A DNA stretch of 39,786 nt from positions 1 through 39,786 of IMG/VR virus record IMGVR_UViG_3300032318_001790, one strand, 5' to 3'. Made by a program: the position numbers and the translations under genes. The first letter of the stretch is position 1. Each line of letters opens with the position of its first letter. Source of the DNA: a virus. Taxonomy: Duplodnaviria > Caudoviricetes. The notes below the pieces were generated by a model that was not told where the DNA came from, did not search any database, and worked only from the letters and a program-made list of their open reading frames with translations. Of this stretch, positions 19,576-29,315 are shown in pieces.

Positions 19576-19886
19576 GAGAATCTAATTTGTTTGTGTTCAT
19601 TTCCAACACGGCAGTTAATAAGTCCATACCCATCTGGAAGAGTAATATGGCAATCAATAAATTCCGCACCTTCTATTTTATGTTGGCTGTAAATTGTTTG
19701 CGCGGCGACAGCGTCTTCTGGCGAAGGATCGGTAATAGAACGCGCGCGAATACTGGCAAATAGTTCTTGAATTGCTTCTAAATTCTCGGGACTCGTGTTT
19801 ACAAGAACGGCCTGTTCTTCAGGAGTGACGTTTGGATCCAAGATTTGTTTCCATTCACCATTGATTAGTGTTAATTGTTTTTTCAT
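19572..19886 (-). CDS. Hypothetical protein
   Basis: 104 aa ORF, ATGA overlap with downstream fibre gene. Confidence 0.65.
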   Translation of the reverse strand: MKKQLTLINGEWKQILDPNVTPEEQAVLVNTSPENLEAIQELFASIRARSITDPSPEDAVAAQTIYSQHKIEGAEFIDCHITLPDGYGLINCRVGNEHKQIRFS

Positions 19887-19887
19887 A

Positions 19888-20784
19888 TTATTGGTTCACT
19901 AAATTATTGTTTTCGTCTATACAGTTGCGCATTAAACCTGCACCGGTAACAGTTTGAAAAGTACCAGAAGTTGAACGGCATTGATAAAATTTTCCGGATG
20001 CTGTTGAACCAGATCCACTGCCAAACGAATTATTGCCACCAATACAATTAGTAAATGTACCACTAGCTGTACCACTTATGTTGCCTATATTCCTACCACC
20101 AAAACCTCCAGCGCCAACAGACTCACAATCAATAAACGTACCAGAAGCTAGATTACCACTTCCAAAGCCACCATTGCTACTACAAATACAATTTACAAAA
20201 AGTCCAGAAGCTATACTTCCACTACTACCAGCACTGAAAGAATTACTTCCGCCTTCACAATTAATGAATGTACCGCTAGCTGTCATACCAACAAAACTAC
20301 TACTAGCAAAAGAGTTACTTCCACCCGTACAATTTATGAATGTTCCAGAAACAGTGGTGTTATTAAAACTATTATTACCACCAACACAATCTTCGAATAT
20401 TTGTAAAGTTAAATTAGCACCTGCACTAAAACTTTGGGTCCCTACACTAATTCCTTTAACTCTAACATCGTTTGCTGTTACGCTTAAGGTATTTCCATCA
20501 ATGATAACGGCTGGCGTAGCGCCGCGCCTTAATTTTATAGAACCCAAACCAATTAAATCCACAAATTGGGTATCAATCGTTAGCTGTGCCGCGAGCGTAT
20601 AATTCCCAGGCTGTATAATTACAGACACACGATTTGATGTGGAAAGCGCCGCGCCATTTGGCGTCAATGTTTTAGCATAATTATAAGCTTCAACTAAATT
20701 TTGGCCATTAGTAACGGCACTGTCCGTCAATTTTACATTGACGACCTGTCCTACGTTTAATCTGTTAATAATTTCTCCAGCCAT
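19888..20784 (-). CDS. Beta-solenoid repeat protein (tailspike-like)
   Basis: About six TASG(T/L)F(I/V)NC.GG.NSF repeats after a VSVIIQPGNY beta-helix cap motif. Confidence 0.6.
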   Translation of the reverse strand: MAGEIINRLNVGQVVNVKLTDSAVTNGQNLVEAYNYAKTLTPNGAALSTSNRVSVIIQPGNYTLAAQLTIDTQFVDLIGLGSIKLRRGATPAVIIDGNTLSVTANDVRVKGISVGTQSFSAGANLTLQIFEDCVGGNNSFNNTTVSGTFINCTGGSNSFASSSFVGMTASGTFINCEGGSNSFSAGSSGSIASGLFVNCICSSNGGFGSGNLASGTFIDCESVGAGGFGGRNIGNISGTASGTFTNCIGGNNSFGSGSGSTASGKFYQCRSTSGTFQTVTGAGLMRNCIDENNNLVNQ

Positions 20785-20788
20785 ATTT

Positions 20789-21631
20789 TTAACTTATTCC
20801 TGGGTTTGTGTTAAGACTTACCCATCCAGTAAACCCAACGTTATTTACACCAAGTAAATGGGCGCTTTCATTTTTATATAATTTTAAATTTACATTTCCA
20901 TCAATAAAATTTGAGCCAGTTACAGTTAATGTTCCTGTATTTAAGTTTTTTACAATATAATTTCTTCCACTTGCTATGGCTGGCAGGGTGCCGGTAATGC
21001 CGCTTGTACTATTTGCTAAATTAATATAATTATTACCTAAAGTTATGCTTGTTGTAAAATAATTGTAATCGCCACTACTGTAGACTAAATTTGGTGCAAA
21101 TATATTGGAAGTAAAAGTTTTTACGCCGCTGATTGTTTGGTTGCCAGTATTGTAAACGAGATTCGGAGCAAAGATTCCAGTAGCGAAAGTTTTTACGCCG
21201 CTGATTGTTTCATTCCTCCCAGTTACATGCACAACATTAGCATCTATAGGAACCGTTCCTCCATAACCCGATTTAAAACGATAATTAATCCCTGGGAACG
21301 AGGTTAAGACAATTTCTTCACTATTAAACTCAAGACTCATTTCGTCGCTCCCTCTGGTAAAGGTAAACCCACCATCTACAGACCCTATTGATTGATAAGA
21401 TTCCGAACTGGTTTCCCACAATTGTATTTCTGCATCGCTAAGATCGCCGGGGTTTCCGATTCCGAGAGGTGAAACGATTCCAGTAGCGAAAGTTTTCTTG
21501 CCCCCAATCGTTTGGTTGCCTGTAGTAAAAACAGTAGAATTGTTAGAAGAAAAATATCCGCTGCCATACTGACCCACAAGATCATTAATATCTGGGTGCA
21601 ATTGATTTTTTCTAATTAAACTTCTACTCAT
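20789..21631 (-). CDS. Tail fibre protein
   Basis: Three TGNQTI.G.KTF-like repeats; C-terminal TLPA...GR.YIVKN...T.TV....IDG domain. Confidence 0.65.
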   Translation of the reverse strand: MSRSLIRKNQLHPDINDLVGQYGSGYFSSNNSTVFTTGNQTIGGKKTFATGIVSPLGIGNPGDLSDAEIQLWETSSESYQSIGSVDGGFTFTRGSDEMSLEFNSEEIVLTSFPGINYRFKSGYGGTVPIDANVVHVTGRNETISGVKTFATGIFAPNLVYNTGNQTISGVKTFTSNIFAPNLVYSSGDYNYFTTSITLGNNYINLANSTSGITGTLPAIASGRNYIVKNLNTGTLTVTGSNFIDGNVNLKLYKNESAHLLGVNNVGFTGWVSLNTNPGIS

Positions 21632-21632
21632 A

Positions 21633-23546
21633 TTATTCTAATTGGCTATGATACAATAAAATTGCAGTCTTATAATCTAGTCCATATTCAGCGGCAATTT
21701 CATTAATTCTTTCCATATTTACACTTACTTGAACTGGTTTATTAATATAATCATTGATTTTATTTAACCATTCTTTTGGAACTTCATTGGTTGCAATTGT
21801 TTCAGCAATTGTCTCGATAATTTCTTTTTGTTCTTTTGTAAGTCTTTTACGATTGTATTTTTCTTTTAAAGCCGTTTCTACGCCGACAACAAGGTTATCA
21901 AACTTAACTAAATTTTTAGCAACAAGGTCTGCATTAATTTTAGGTTTTGGCTCCGATGCTTTTACAGCGGTAGGCGTTGATCTTGGGGCCTTTGTTGTTT
22001 GTGGAGTTCCTGTTCCAGTGGGGCGACCCGTCGATTGTTGTTGCGGTTTATTTAATAGCGGCTGATACAAACCATCATCTTGAAGTTTTTGAAACCCCTT
22101 TTGAGATTCTACGCTTTCTTCCGGTAGGGGTAGTCTTCCAGTGTCTATTGCTGTAATGCCCTCTTCTGGAGTAAGTACTCCAAGCTCGATAAGTCTTGAA
22201 TAAACGCGCGTTAAGTTTGCATCGCTCTTAAAGTCGGCATCCTTGAAACGTGCTGTTGGTAAGTTTTTAAAACCAAGATTTCTTCCAATTTTTTTCATCT
22301 CTGGCATCAAAAAGTCGTGCATGAAAGTTTCGCGCGCATGTTTTAGACGAGATAAGAATACTTCAATTTTTGTATTCGTATTCGCGTACTTCTCTTCTCC
22401 GAAAAGAACATTGTTAAGACCGTAACGAATGTCACGATCTACAACTTCATATTTTTTAGGATCCAAAATGCTACTAATCTCTGGAATAATAAACTTAATA
22501 TTTGTAGTATAGTCGGTAACTAAAATACGTCCAACGCTTTCGTTTTCAAATATTTTTCTCAGCGTTCCAATCTGATCTTTGGTAGGCATACCAACTTCAT
22601 CATTTCCCATCGTAACTAGCAGCACTGTTTGCTGTATGGTGCGACTAATTGCCATATCCATATTTTTAAGCTCTTGCTTATAATTGATATCTTCAAGAAC
22701 TGGGAAACCCATTGGCACACTAAACGGTTCGTAGTCTTGTTTTTTATAAAAAATAGGTACAAATCTTTCTGGTTCTAATTCAAAAATCATATATTGATTA
22801 GACTGTGTGATACTACTTGTATTTTTTAAATCTTTTAAATTCTTTACTTTTTGAGCAAGCTCTTTATCCTGATCATTTTCCGGATTAGTTAAAATTTGCA
22901 TTTCAAAATCGTTCAACACTTTTACATATTGGGGAGTTACAAATGAAGCAGATCCAATAGCCTGAATATCTGCAGGATTTAAAATAATATACCGAACTGG
23001 AATCTCTCCAGCGCGAGCCTCTGTTGTAATTAAATCAGAAAGAACTCTCATGTCCTGTTTTGTAAATTGGGCATTTAATTTATAAAGAAATACATTCCCA
23101 CTACGGAAAAATTCTCTGAAGAACATGTCCTGTAAACGCCATAAGTTCACCCTATCGGCCCATGCTTGGAAAAACTTGCGAGACTGTTCGTTCCCGCCCG
23201 TAAAATAAATTGGCGAACAACTAAATTCGGTCATTAAGTCTATAGTATTTCTAAAAATAGAAAAATTGTAATAAGCTTTTTGGCAAAGAATAATAGTATC
23301 TTTAATGCTTATATTAGAAGTATATTTACCATACCCACCACCATAAATAAAAGGAATAACGCCGCCTTCAATATTTTTATACTTATCAGTTCTAGAAATC
23401 GTTGAAGATCTGTTCCTTCTTACGGAGGTGTTCACCTCTCCTCGACTAGCTTTGACTTCTATAGTGTCTTTTGACTTTATAGATCCTTCAATTACCTGCG
23501 GTTCTGGGAATTTAATATTTTTATTATTATTGTTGTTACTCGCCAT
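21633..23546 (-). CDS. Portal protein
   Basis: 637 aa directly after terminase; IFRNTIDLMTEF, REFFRSGNVF, KKQDYEPF..P patterns fit a portal. Confidence 0.75.
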   Translation of the reverse strand: MASNNNNNKNIKFPEPQVIEGSIKSKDTIEVKASRGEVNTSVRRNRSSTISRTDKYKNIEGGVIPFIYGGGYGKYTSNISIKDTIILCQKAYYNFSIFRNTIDLMTEFSCSPIYFTGGNEQSRKFFQAWADRVNLWRLQDMFFREFFRSGNVFLYKLNAQFTKQDMRVLSDLITTEARAGEIPVRYIILNPADIQAIGSASFVTPQYVKVLNDFEMQILTNPENDQDKELAQKVKNLKDLKNTSSITQSNQYMIFELEPERFVPIFYKKQDYEPFSVPMGFPVLEDINYKQELKNMDMAISRTIQQTVLLVTMGNDEVGMPTKDQIGTLRKIFENESVGRILVTDYTTNIKFIIPEISSILDPKKYEVVDRDIRYGLNNVLFGEEKYANTNTKIEVFLSRLKHARETFMHDFLMPEMKKIGRNLGFKNLPTARFKDADFKSDANLTRVYSRLIELGVLTPEEGITAIDTGRLPLPEESVESQKGFQKLQDDGLYQPLLNKPQQQSTGRPTGTGTPQTTKAPRSTPTAVKASEPKPKINADLVAKNLVKFDNLVVGVETALKEKYNRKRLTKEQKEIIETIAETIATNEVPKEWLNKINDYINKPVQVSVNMERINEIAAEYGLDYKTAILLYHSQLE

Positions 23547-23565
23547 AACTTATTATAACAGTCTA

Positions 23566-23571
23566 TTACAC
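23566..23571 (-). promoter_or_regulatory. Candidate late promoter GTGTAA
   Basis: Upstream of portal ATG 23546. Confidence 0.6.
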
Positions 23572-23588
23572 CGAAATCTGATATTTTA

Positions 23589-25490
23589 TTAAATTAATTC
23601 TGCAACGAATTCAGTGTTTCTTTTTGCAAAATTCTCTGGGGCCATTATATCAAAATAGGCTTTAACGCCCCAGTTCCCCAACATTAGAGTGGTATAGTTA
23701 TCTTTTCTAGCTCTATTAATACTTGTAGACTTCTTTAGATGGGATGGCAAATCAAAGCTTTGGGTACCTCTTGAGGTTGTAGTAACTTCAACATTGGCGC
23801 ACTGGTCTTTAGTATCTTGAATAATAAAATCTTGTTGTTCGATGAATTCACGAACGGTCAATTTCTTTGTTTCATATTCATTATCGGCTTTTTCCCCAAT
23901 ACCTCTAGGGTAGATATACTCCATAGGAAGATTCATTGTAAAAATATTTTCTAATATATCTGGGTGGTTACTAGCTCTAGAAGCAAACCATATTTTTTTA
24001 TGGTCAATACAGGTTTGTAGGTAGGAGTTAGCTCTGCCCAAAAAGAAACTGGTAAAATATTGTTTAATACATATATTTCCAAAATCTTTATTATATTGAC
24101 GGGCGCAATCTTTTAACATTTTAGTATAATCTTCGTTTTCTTTATCGGACTCAAAATCGACAAAGCCAATTTTACGATTTATATCTTTAAAAAATTGAGA
24201 ATTGTTTACCGCGTCTATAAACGTGTCAGCACCAGCATGGTCAATTACAATTAGCGCAATATTAAAGTTTTTATATAAATAATAAAAATATTTTATATGA
24301 TCTTGTAGCGAAGATCCCGCCGCCTGATAACCATGAACTAAAATTCCCTGCTTTTTCTCTTCATCTATTTCAACTACGCTCATAGCAAAATAGTCCGCAC
24401 CCTTTGACGAAGAAAAGTTTGGATCGATAGATATAATATATTTTTTATCTGAATCTCCGATAACTTTAGTTGTTGGATATTCACCGTCTGGGATTGTACA
24501 GTCGTGCATTTTTTTAGGTGAAAAATAACTGTCACCACCATCAATAAAACGCGCACAATATTCACGAAGAAAAGAGTGGTGAGAACTTCCCCCGCTTTTA
24601 GCAACTTGAATTGCACCTTGGTCTACCATATGCGGCGGTAAAGCCTCATAACCTAACTGTGAAATAAAATAAGTTCCTGGTAATTCCCCCTCTTTACTAT
24701 CTTGGGCTTCTGGGTTTTCAATTAAATGCGACCACTGTTGATAAACACGAAACAAATGTTCAAAAGTATAACTTGCCGAACTTAAACATAACATTTGAGA
24801 TGTATTTTCAAAAATTTGTTTATTGTCTGGATGCAATAGTCCCTTTTTAATTAATTCATCTTCTAATTTTCTAGTACGAATTCTTTCTCCAACATCTCGT
24901 GGAGAACTCAAGAACGGAATGAGAACGTTGTCAATAATATCTGGTGGCAACAATAAAAACTCATCAAGGATAAGAACGTTTGCACGAATACCACGAATTT
25001 TTTCTCCAGTCAATGGGATTGCCGTAATGCTTCCCCCATTAACTTGCCATTCGTATTGGTCGTTACGTTTGCTTTTTAATCCAAAACACTGGCTAGCTAA
25101 AGCCGCTTGTGGAGAACTCAAGAATTTTTCGATTTCATTAAATACGCGGCGACTTGTACGAAAGTTAATTGAGGCAATCAATATTTTCGTTCCAGGTTCG
25201 AACATGCACTTTAATATACAATAAATTGCAGCACAAAAACTTTTTGCACAACCGCGACCCCAAATAAGCATACAATAATTCCTATTAAAAAAAGAATTTA
25301 ATGTTAACTCTTGATAAGACTCTAGAGTTAACCCTAATGCTAAATCCGTAGTAAACCCTAAGTTATAACGCAAGAACTTAGCTAGAGAAACTCTTGCCTC
25401 TTGGTCTGTTAAATCTCCTTTTAACTCGGAAAGCTCCCTGTTAGTGTCAACAATTAGCTTTTTATTTTGATCTCCTACTATAAGGGCCAT
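23589..25490 (-). CDS. terL: Terminase large subunit
   Basis: Walker A GRGCAKS, RGIRANVLILDEF Walker B, LSSA motif III, FLREYCARF, RNase H-like ISIDPN and C-terminal KDNYT. Confidence 0.9.
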   Translation of the reverse strand: MALIVGDQNKKLIVDTNRELSELKGDLTDQEARVSLAKFLRYNLGFTTDLALGLTLESYQELTLNSFFNRNYCMLIWGRGCAKSFCAAIYCILKCMFEPGTKILIASINFRTSRRVFNEIEKFLSSPQAALASQCFGLKSKRNDQYEWQVNGGSITAIPLTGEKIRGIRANVLILDEFLLLPPDIIDNVLIPFLSSPRDVGERIRTRKLEDELIKKGLLHPDNKQIFENTSQMLCLSSASYTFEHLFRVYQQWSHLIENPEAQDSKEGELPGTYFISQLGYEALPPHMVDQGAIQVAKSGGSSHHSFLREYCARFIDGGDSYFSPKKMHDCTIPDGEYPTTKVIGDSDKKYIISIDPNFSSSKGADYFAMSVVEIDEEKKQGILVHGYQAAGSSLQDHIKYFYYLYKNFNIALIVIDHAGADTFIDAVNNSQFFKDINRKIGFVDFESDKENEDYTKMLKDCARQYNKDFGNICIKQYFTSFFLGRANSYLQTCIDHKKIWFASRASNHPDILENIFTMNLPMEYIYPRGIGEKADNEYETKKLTVREFIEQQDFIIQDTKDQCANVEVTTTSRGTQSFDLPSHLKKSTSINRARKDNYTTLMLGNWGVKAYFDIMAPENFAKRNTEFVAELI

Positions 25491-26416
25491 ATTGTGTCAA
25501 AGTAGTATTGTAAATCAAATTTACAAGCTTCTTCGTTCATTGCTAAGATATGTAGAGTTTTAATTTTTGCATCTTCACGACCATCACAGAAAACAAATTG
25601 TAAATTGTCATGGTTTCTTAGAAGCTGTCTCATATTATGGGCGACAAACTCTCCAGAAGCTTTGCTAAATTTTTGTTTTTGATACATCATTGTATTAATC
25701 GTTGACTCGACTACGACAACGATGTAGCCCTCTAATTTTTTAGCTTTTTGTATTTCTCTTTCGAATCTTTCGCGTCCGCCACTTAACGTCCCGTAAAAAT
25801 CGTTTAGACTTTTGCGCTCAACTGCCAATTTATTATTGGGATGTAATGAATAATCTCCGTATTCTAATTTAGATTCAATTAAAGTATGACCTTCAAATTG
25901 AAAAGGCTTTTGTTCCCGAGTATCTACAATAATTTGTGGAATGGCTGTAAAAGGAATTTCATCTGGAATCGAATAATTAAACCTGGAATGCAATCCACTT
26001 TTTTTACATAAATTATTGTAGTGCGTTCCAGAAAATGATTCGATTGTACTAACGGGTAATAAACAATTAATTGTTTGGCACTCTACTTGAGCGGGTGCGG
26101 TATCTAGGTTCTTTAAATCACAATACTGCCTAATTTTATTTGTAAAATAATCCGCACACTCCTCCTGACTTAGGGTCTTTAGCCAGTTTTTATAGTTTTT
26201 CTTGTCTACAAAATCACAAGTAATATACTGGTCAAAAGATTTGTATTCTATTTTCTTTCCATCGAAACGATCAATACGTTTCCAATACGTTTCGAAGTAT
26301 GCTTTAACAGATAGCTTATGATAATCCCTTAAATGTTTTTGTAGTTCAGCAAAGTAATTAAATTCCTCTCCACAAACTTTACATTTTAGATATATTTTAT
26401 TTTTATCTAAGTTCAT
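25478..26416 (-). CDS. C2H2 Zn finger + ERCC4 (XPF/Mus81-type) nuclease
   Basis: CKVC...HLRDYH; IIVDTREQ, LEYGDY, VERKSLNDF, RFEREI are ERCC4 signature motifs. Confidence 0.85.
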   Translation of the reverse strand: MNLDKNKIYLKCKVCGEEFNYFAELQKHLRDYHKLSVKAYFETYWKRIDRFDGKKIEYKSFDQYITCDFVDKKNYKNWLKTLSQEECADYFTNKIRQYCDLKNLDTAPAQVECQTINCLLPVSTIESFSGTHYNNLCKKSGLHSRFNYSIPDEIPFTAIPQIIVDTREQKPFQFEGHTLIESKLEYGDYSLHPNNKLAVERKSLNDFYGTLSGGRERFEREIQKAKKLEGYIVVVVESTINTMMYQKQKFSKASGEFVAHNMRQLLRNHDNLQFVFCDGREDAKIKTLHILAMNEEACKFDLQYYFDTIWPL

Positions 26417-26427
26417 AATATATTATA

Positions 26428-27528
26428 TTAGCCACTGACCATTTCATCAATATCAATTCCACGAATAACGGCTTTTAATTCGTCCATCGAAGATAAACGT
26501 TTTGCCTCTTCTTCTAGATTTTGTTTTTGCGCCTCTGCTAAATTGATAATACTCTTTCGCCGCTCCTCGTCTTTCCACGCCTGTACTAAATTTAAGATAC
26601 TAGCGTTTTCCTGTCTACGGTCCTGCATTTTTTTAGAACGATCATCTACCAAGGATTTATATAGTTTATTCTGTCTAGTACGACATTGATTGTATTCTGT
26701 TTGTAAACTACTAATAGCTTCATTCAAACTCATTTTGATATTCCGACCCTCGTCTTCTTCGGACGCCGTTCTTAATAGCTGGCGCAAGTCTTCAACCTGT
26801 TGTAAAATACTTGAAGCTGTAACTGTTTCAGTACAAAGAGTGATAAACTGATCCAATTCTTCCTGAGTAAGATCATCTTTATCATAAGTATAACGAATAA
26901 AAGCATCCTCAAAAAGTTTTCTATCATCCTCTCTTTTATAAGTATTAATTTGATAACAAAAACTAAAAGTATTCATATACCTTTGCAGGGTTTCTACCTG
27001 TTTGAGTTGAGTGGCTTTTAGTTTACCCTGCTCCCACCCAATATTAAGATATTTATTAATTCTATAAAGCGTTTGGTCAAGACGTCTTGGTGGAAAATAT
27101 TCTCCCATAGGCCCTGGAGCTTGATTCTCTGTGGGGGCATAAGTTTTCATCTCAAGATACGTAGGATCACTTTTTTGTATTTTTTCTACCAACTTGTTAA
27201 CCTCTCTAGACTCTAGACTTAAATGCGTTAAATTATTATTTTTAAATAAAATTTTAGCCATATCTAAGTAGTGTTGATTTTTATAGTTATTCTTTATAAA
27301 CTCTTCATGTTCAGCGGTTAAAGAAACCCTGTCTCTTTGGAATACAGATCTATTTTTATATTCTATATTGTTATCTAATAAAAACTGTTTTAGAGCCCTA
27401 CCCTCTTTGCTTCTACTATCAACCGTTTCATTTTCATAAGCATAAGCCGTAATTTCAGTTAAAGTTGCGTCTGGATTTTTTTGCAATATTTCTTTTACCC
27501 TATTTTGCTGTTGTTGATCAAGTTCCAT
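26428..27528 (-). CDS. Hypothetical helical protein, candidate terminase small subunit
   Basis: 366 aa, HTH-like N-terminus and coiled-coil C-terminus, two genes upstream of terL; function from position only. Confidence 0.45.
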   Translation of the reverse strand: MELDQQQQNRVKEILQKNPDATLTEITAYAYENETVDSRSKEGRALKQFLLDNNIEYKNRSVFQRDRVSLTAEHEEFIKNNYKNQHYLDMAKILFKNNNLTHLSLESREVNKLVEKIQKSDPTYLEMKTYAPTENQAPGPMGEYFPPRRLDQTLYRINKYLNIGWEQGKLKATQLKQVETLQRYMNTFSFCYQINTYKREDDRKLFEDAFIRYTYDKDDLTQEELDQFITLCTETVTASSILQQVEDLRQLLRTASEEDEGRNIKMSLNEAISSLQTEYNQCRTRQNKLYKSLVDDRSKKMQDRRQENASILNLVQAWKDEERRKSIINLAEAQKQNLEEEAKRLSSMDELKAVIRGIDIDEMVSG

Positions 27529-28232
27529 TAGACGACCTCCTTTACAATTTCGCGCGCTTTTTGTAGAATGCGCGATTTAATTTTACTAATTTGTCTATAG
27601 GCTGGGCGGCCCTCTTTCAAACTTAGTTTGTAACCCATTTTCTTAGCAACCTCCGAGTCATCAAAATGTTGCAAGAACATATAATCATATACTTTCCATT
27701 CTATATTGCTTAAATGTTTTTTCATCATTTCGTGGAAAAGCGGCATGAGGTCTTCTATATTTATATTATTTTCAGTATCGTGCAAAACACTTTCTAATGT
27801 TGTTTCTGGATTGTCATGGTTAGGACTGTGCATACTTAATGGGAATTTAACATCATAGGCGGACTTTTTACTTTTCTCCCACTTCTTATAGTCTTTGCAG
27901 GAATTATTTTGTGAACCATAAATAGAACAACCGTACTCGCCAGTATTAAATGGGCACTTTAGGCAAGGCCTAGAGAAATTCGAATAATGGTTTCTTAGCA
28001 TGTTTGTCATCTGGTGGTTGATAACCTGATTAAGCCATGGCCTTAAAGGTCTTTTACAATCCCATTTCTCCCATTTCTTATAAATATGTAATCTTAATCT
28101 TTGGGACACATCGTCAAAATCCATCCATGCGATAGCTGTTAAGTGCCAACGGTGTTTACGTTTTTGAATTTCAGAATTGATAATATCTATCGACTCTTCG
28201 AAGGTGGGCCTTACAACTTTTTTGGAAGGCAT
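27528..28232 (-). CDS. Phage RNA polymerase sigma factor (sigma70/ECF-like) with Cys4 insertion
   Basis: Region 2 DFDDVSQ...WD..RPL.PWL..VI.HQM.N.LR; region 4 LS.IE.KV.......DDSEVAKKMG...ISKIKSRILQK; CLKC...C...C insert. Confidence 0.75.
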   Translation of the reverse strand: MPSKKVVRPTFEESIDIINSEIQKRKHRWHLTAIAWMDFDDVSQRLRLHIYKKWEKWDCKRPLRPWLNQVINHQMTNMLRNHYSNFSRPCLKCPFNTGEYGCSIYGSQNNSCKDYKKWEKSKKSAYDVKFPLSMHSPNHDNPETTLESVLHDTENNINIEDLMPLFHEMMKKHLSNIEWKVYDYMFLQHFDDSEVAKKMGYKLSLKEGRPAYRQISKIKSRILQKAREIVKEVV

Positions 28233-28235
28233 ATA

Positions 28236-28640
28236 TTATTCTTGATTTCTAGAAAGCCCGGCTTCTTTTTGAAATTCTTTTAAGATTTGCTCTTTTGTTT
28301 TCTTTTCATTGTTGGGATTCTCTTGTGTGAAATCTATTTTCTGAGAGGGGTTGTCAATCAAACTTCCAAACGATTCGCCCTTTGATTGGTAAAGGTCTAA
28401 TTTAAAAGAGGCTTTTACTTTTTTAAAATCGATAGTTGGAATTTCCTCTTCATCGTAAGTCTCTTCATCATAACGGTTTACATTTTTCTTTAATTTTAAT
28501 TCATTTAAAAACTTTTCAGTCTTAGATTCCTGTTTTACTACAGGTTTTGAAGCGAAAGCTTGGCCGCAACAAGAACAGAACTTTGGAAGTTCAAAATTAT
28601 ATTCGGTAGTCTTACCACATTTTGAGCAAAAGTATTTCAT
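28236..28640 (-). CDS. Zinc-ribbon protein
   Basis: FCSKCG...PKFCSCCG at N-terminus. Confidence 0.75.
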   Translation of the reverse strand: MKYFCSKCGKTTEYNFELPKFCSCCGQAFASKPVVKQESKTEKFLNELKLKKNVNRYDEETYDEEEIPTIDFKKVKASFKLDLYQSKGESFGSLIDNPSQKIDFTQENPNNEKKTKEQILKEFQKEAGLSRNQE

Positions 28641-28659
28641 ACACTAGTATTTTATACAC

Positions 28660-28717
28660 TTACACAAAAAAATTCTAAAATCTCTTCTGTAAGCAGTTTA
28701 TAAAAATAACGGTGTAA
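28660..28717. promoter_or_regulatory. Divergent pair of GTGTAA motifs
   Basis: Minus-strand copy 28660-28665 before ATG 28640; plus-strand copy 28712-28717 before ATG 28728. Orientation follows each gene. Confidence 0.65.
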
Positions 28718-28727
28718 ATCACTACTG

Positions 28728-29315
28728 ATGTCGTTTTTAATAAACTCAGATGTATATAGTATAATTAAAGAGGACGTAGAAGATCTCGACGGTAAACTAA
28801 TTTTTGTAAAAGGTCGGTACTGCGGCGGTAAGAATAAATGCTCTGGACTTTTCTATTTAGATGCAAAAGATAATCCTGTAATTAAGGTTGCGAAAGGCGG
28901 ACTAGACGAGGAAGAATGGTTTGGAATTCTTATCCACGAATACTGTCATTTTATGCAGTGGCGTGACAACTCTAAATACTGGGACCGTTTCTGTAATTAC
29001 GACGTAACGTACTCTCAAATTCTTTCAAAACCGGAAAAATATAAAACAGAATTAATTGCACTAATGGAATTAGAAATTAATTGTGAGAAAGGTGTGGTTA
29101 AAATTATTAAAAACAACAATCTTTTTGACCCTAAAAAATACGCACAAGCGGCCAATGCCATCCTATATAAATACGCATTTCTTTATAAATTCAACGAATG
29201 GCCAGAAGACAATAGAACCTATCAAAAGATTCAGGATGAATCGCCAAATCGAATATTAAAATCTTATAAAGAATACCTAGATATCCCTAAAAAAATTATT
29301 GAATATTATAAATAA
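28728..29315 (+). CDS. HExxH metallopeptidase-like protein
   Basis: ILIHEYCHFMQW plus downstream ELEINCE. Confidence 0.7.
   Translation: MSFLINSDVYSIIKEDVEDLDGKLIFVKGRYCGGKNKCSGLFYLDAKDNPVIKVAKGGLDEEEWFGILIHEYCHFMQWRDNSKYWDRFCNYDVTYSQILSKPEKYKTELIALMELEINCEKGVVKIIKNNNLFDPKKYAQAANAILYKYAFLYKFNEWPEDNRTYQKIQDESPNRILKSYKEYLDIPKKIIEYYK

Noticed and set aside
13-25224. Plus-strand ORFs in the late region (e.g. 13-315, 6540-6845, 7490-7864, 14704-15123, 20033-20602, 24823-25224)
   Set aside because: Antisense shadows of well-supported minus-strand genes, with no motifs or promoters.
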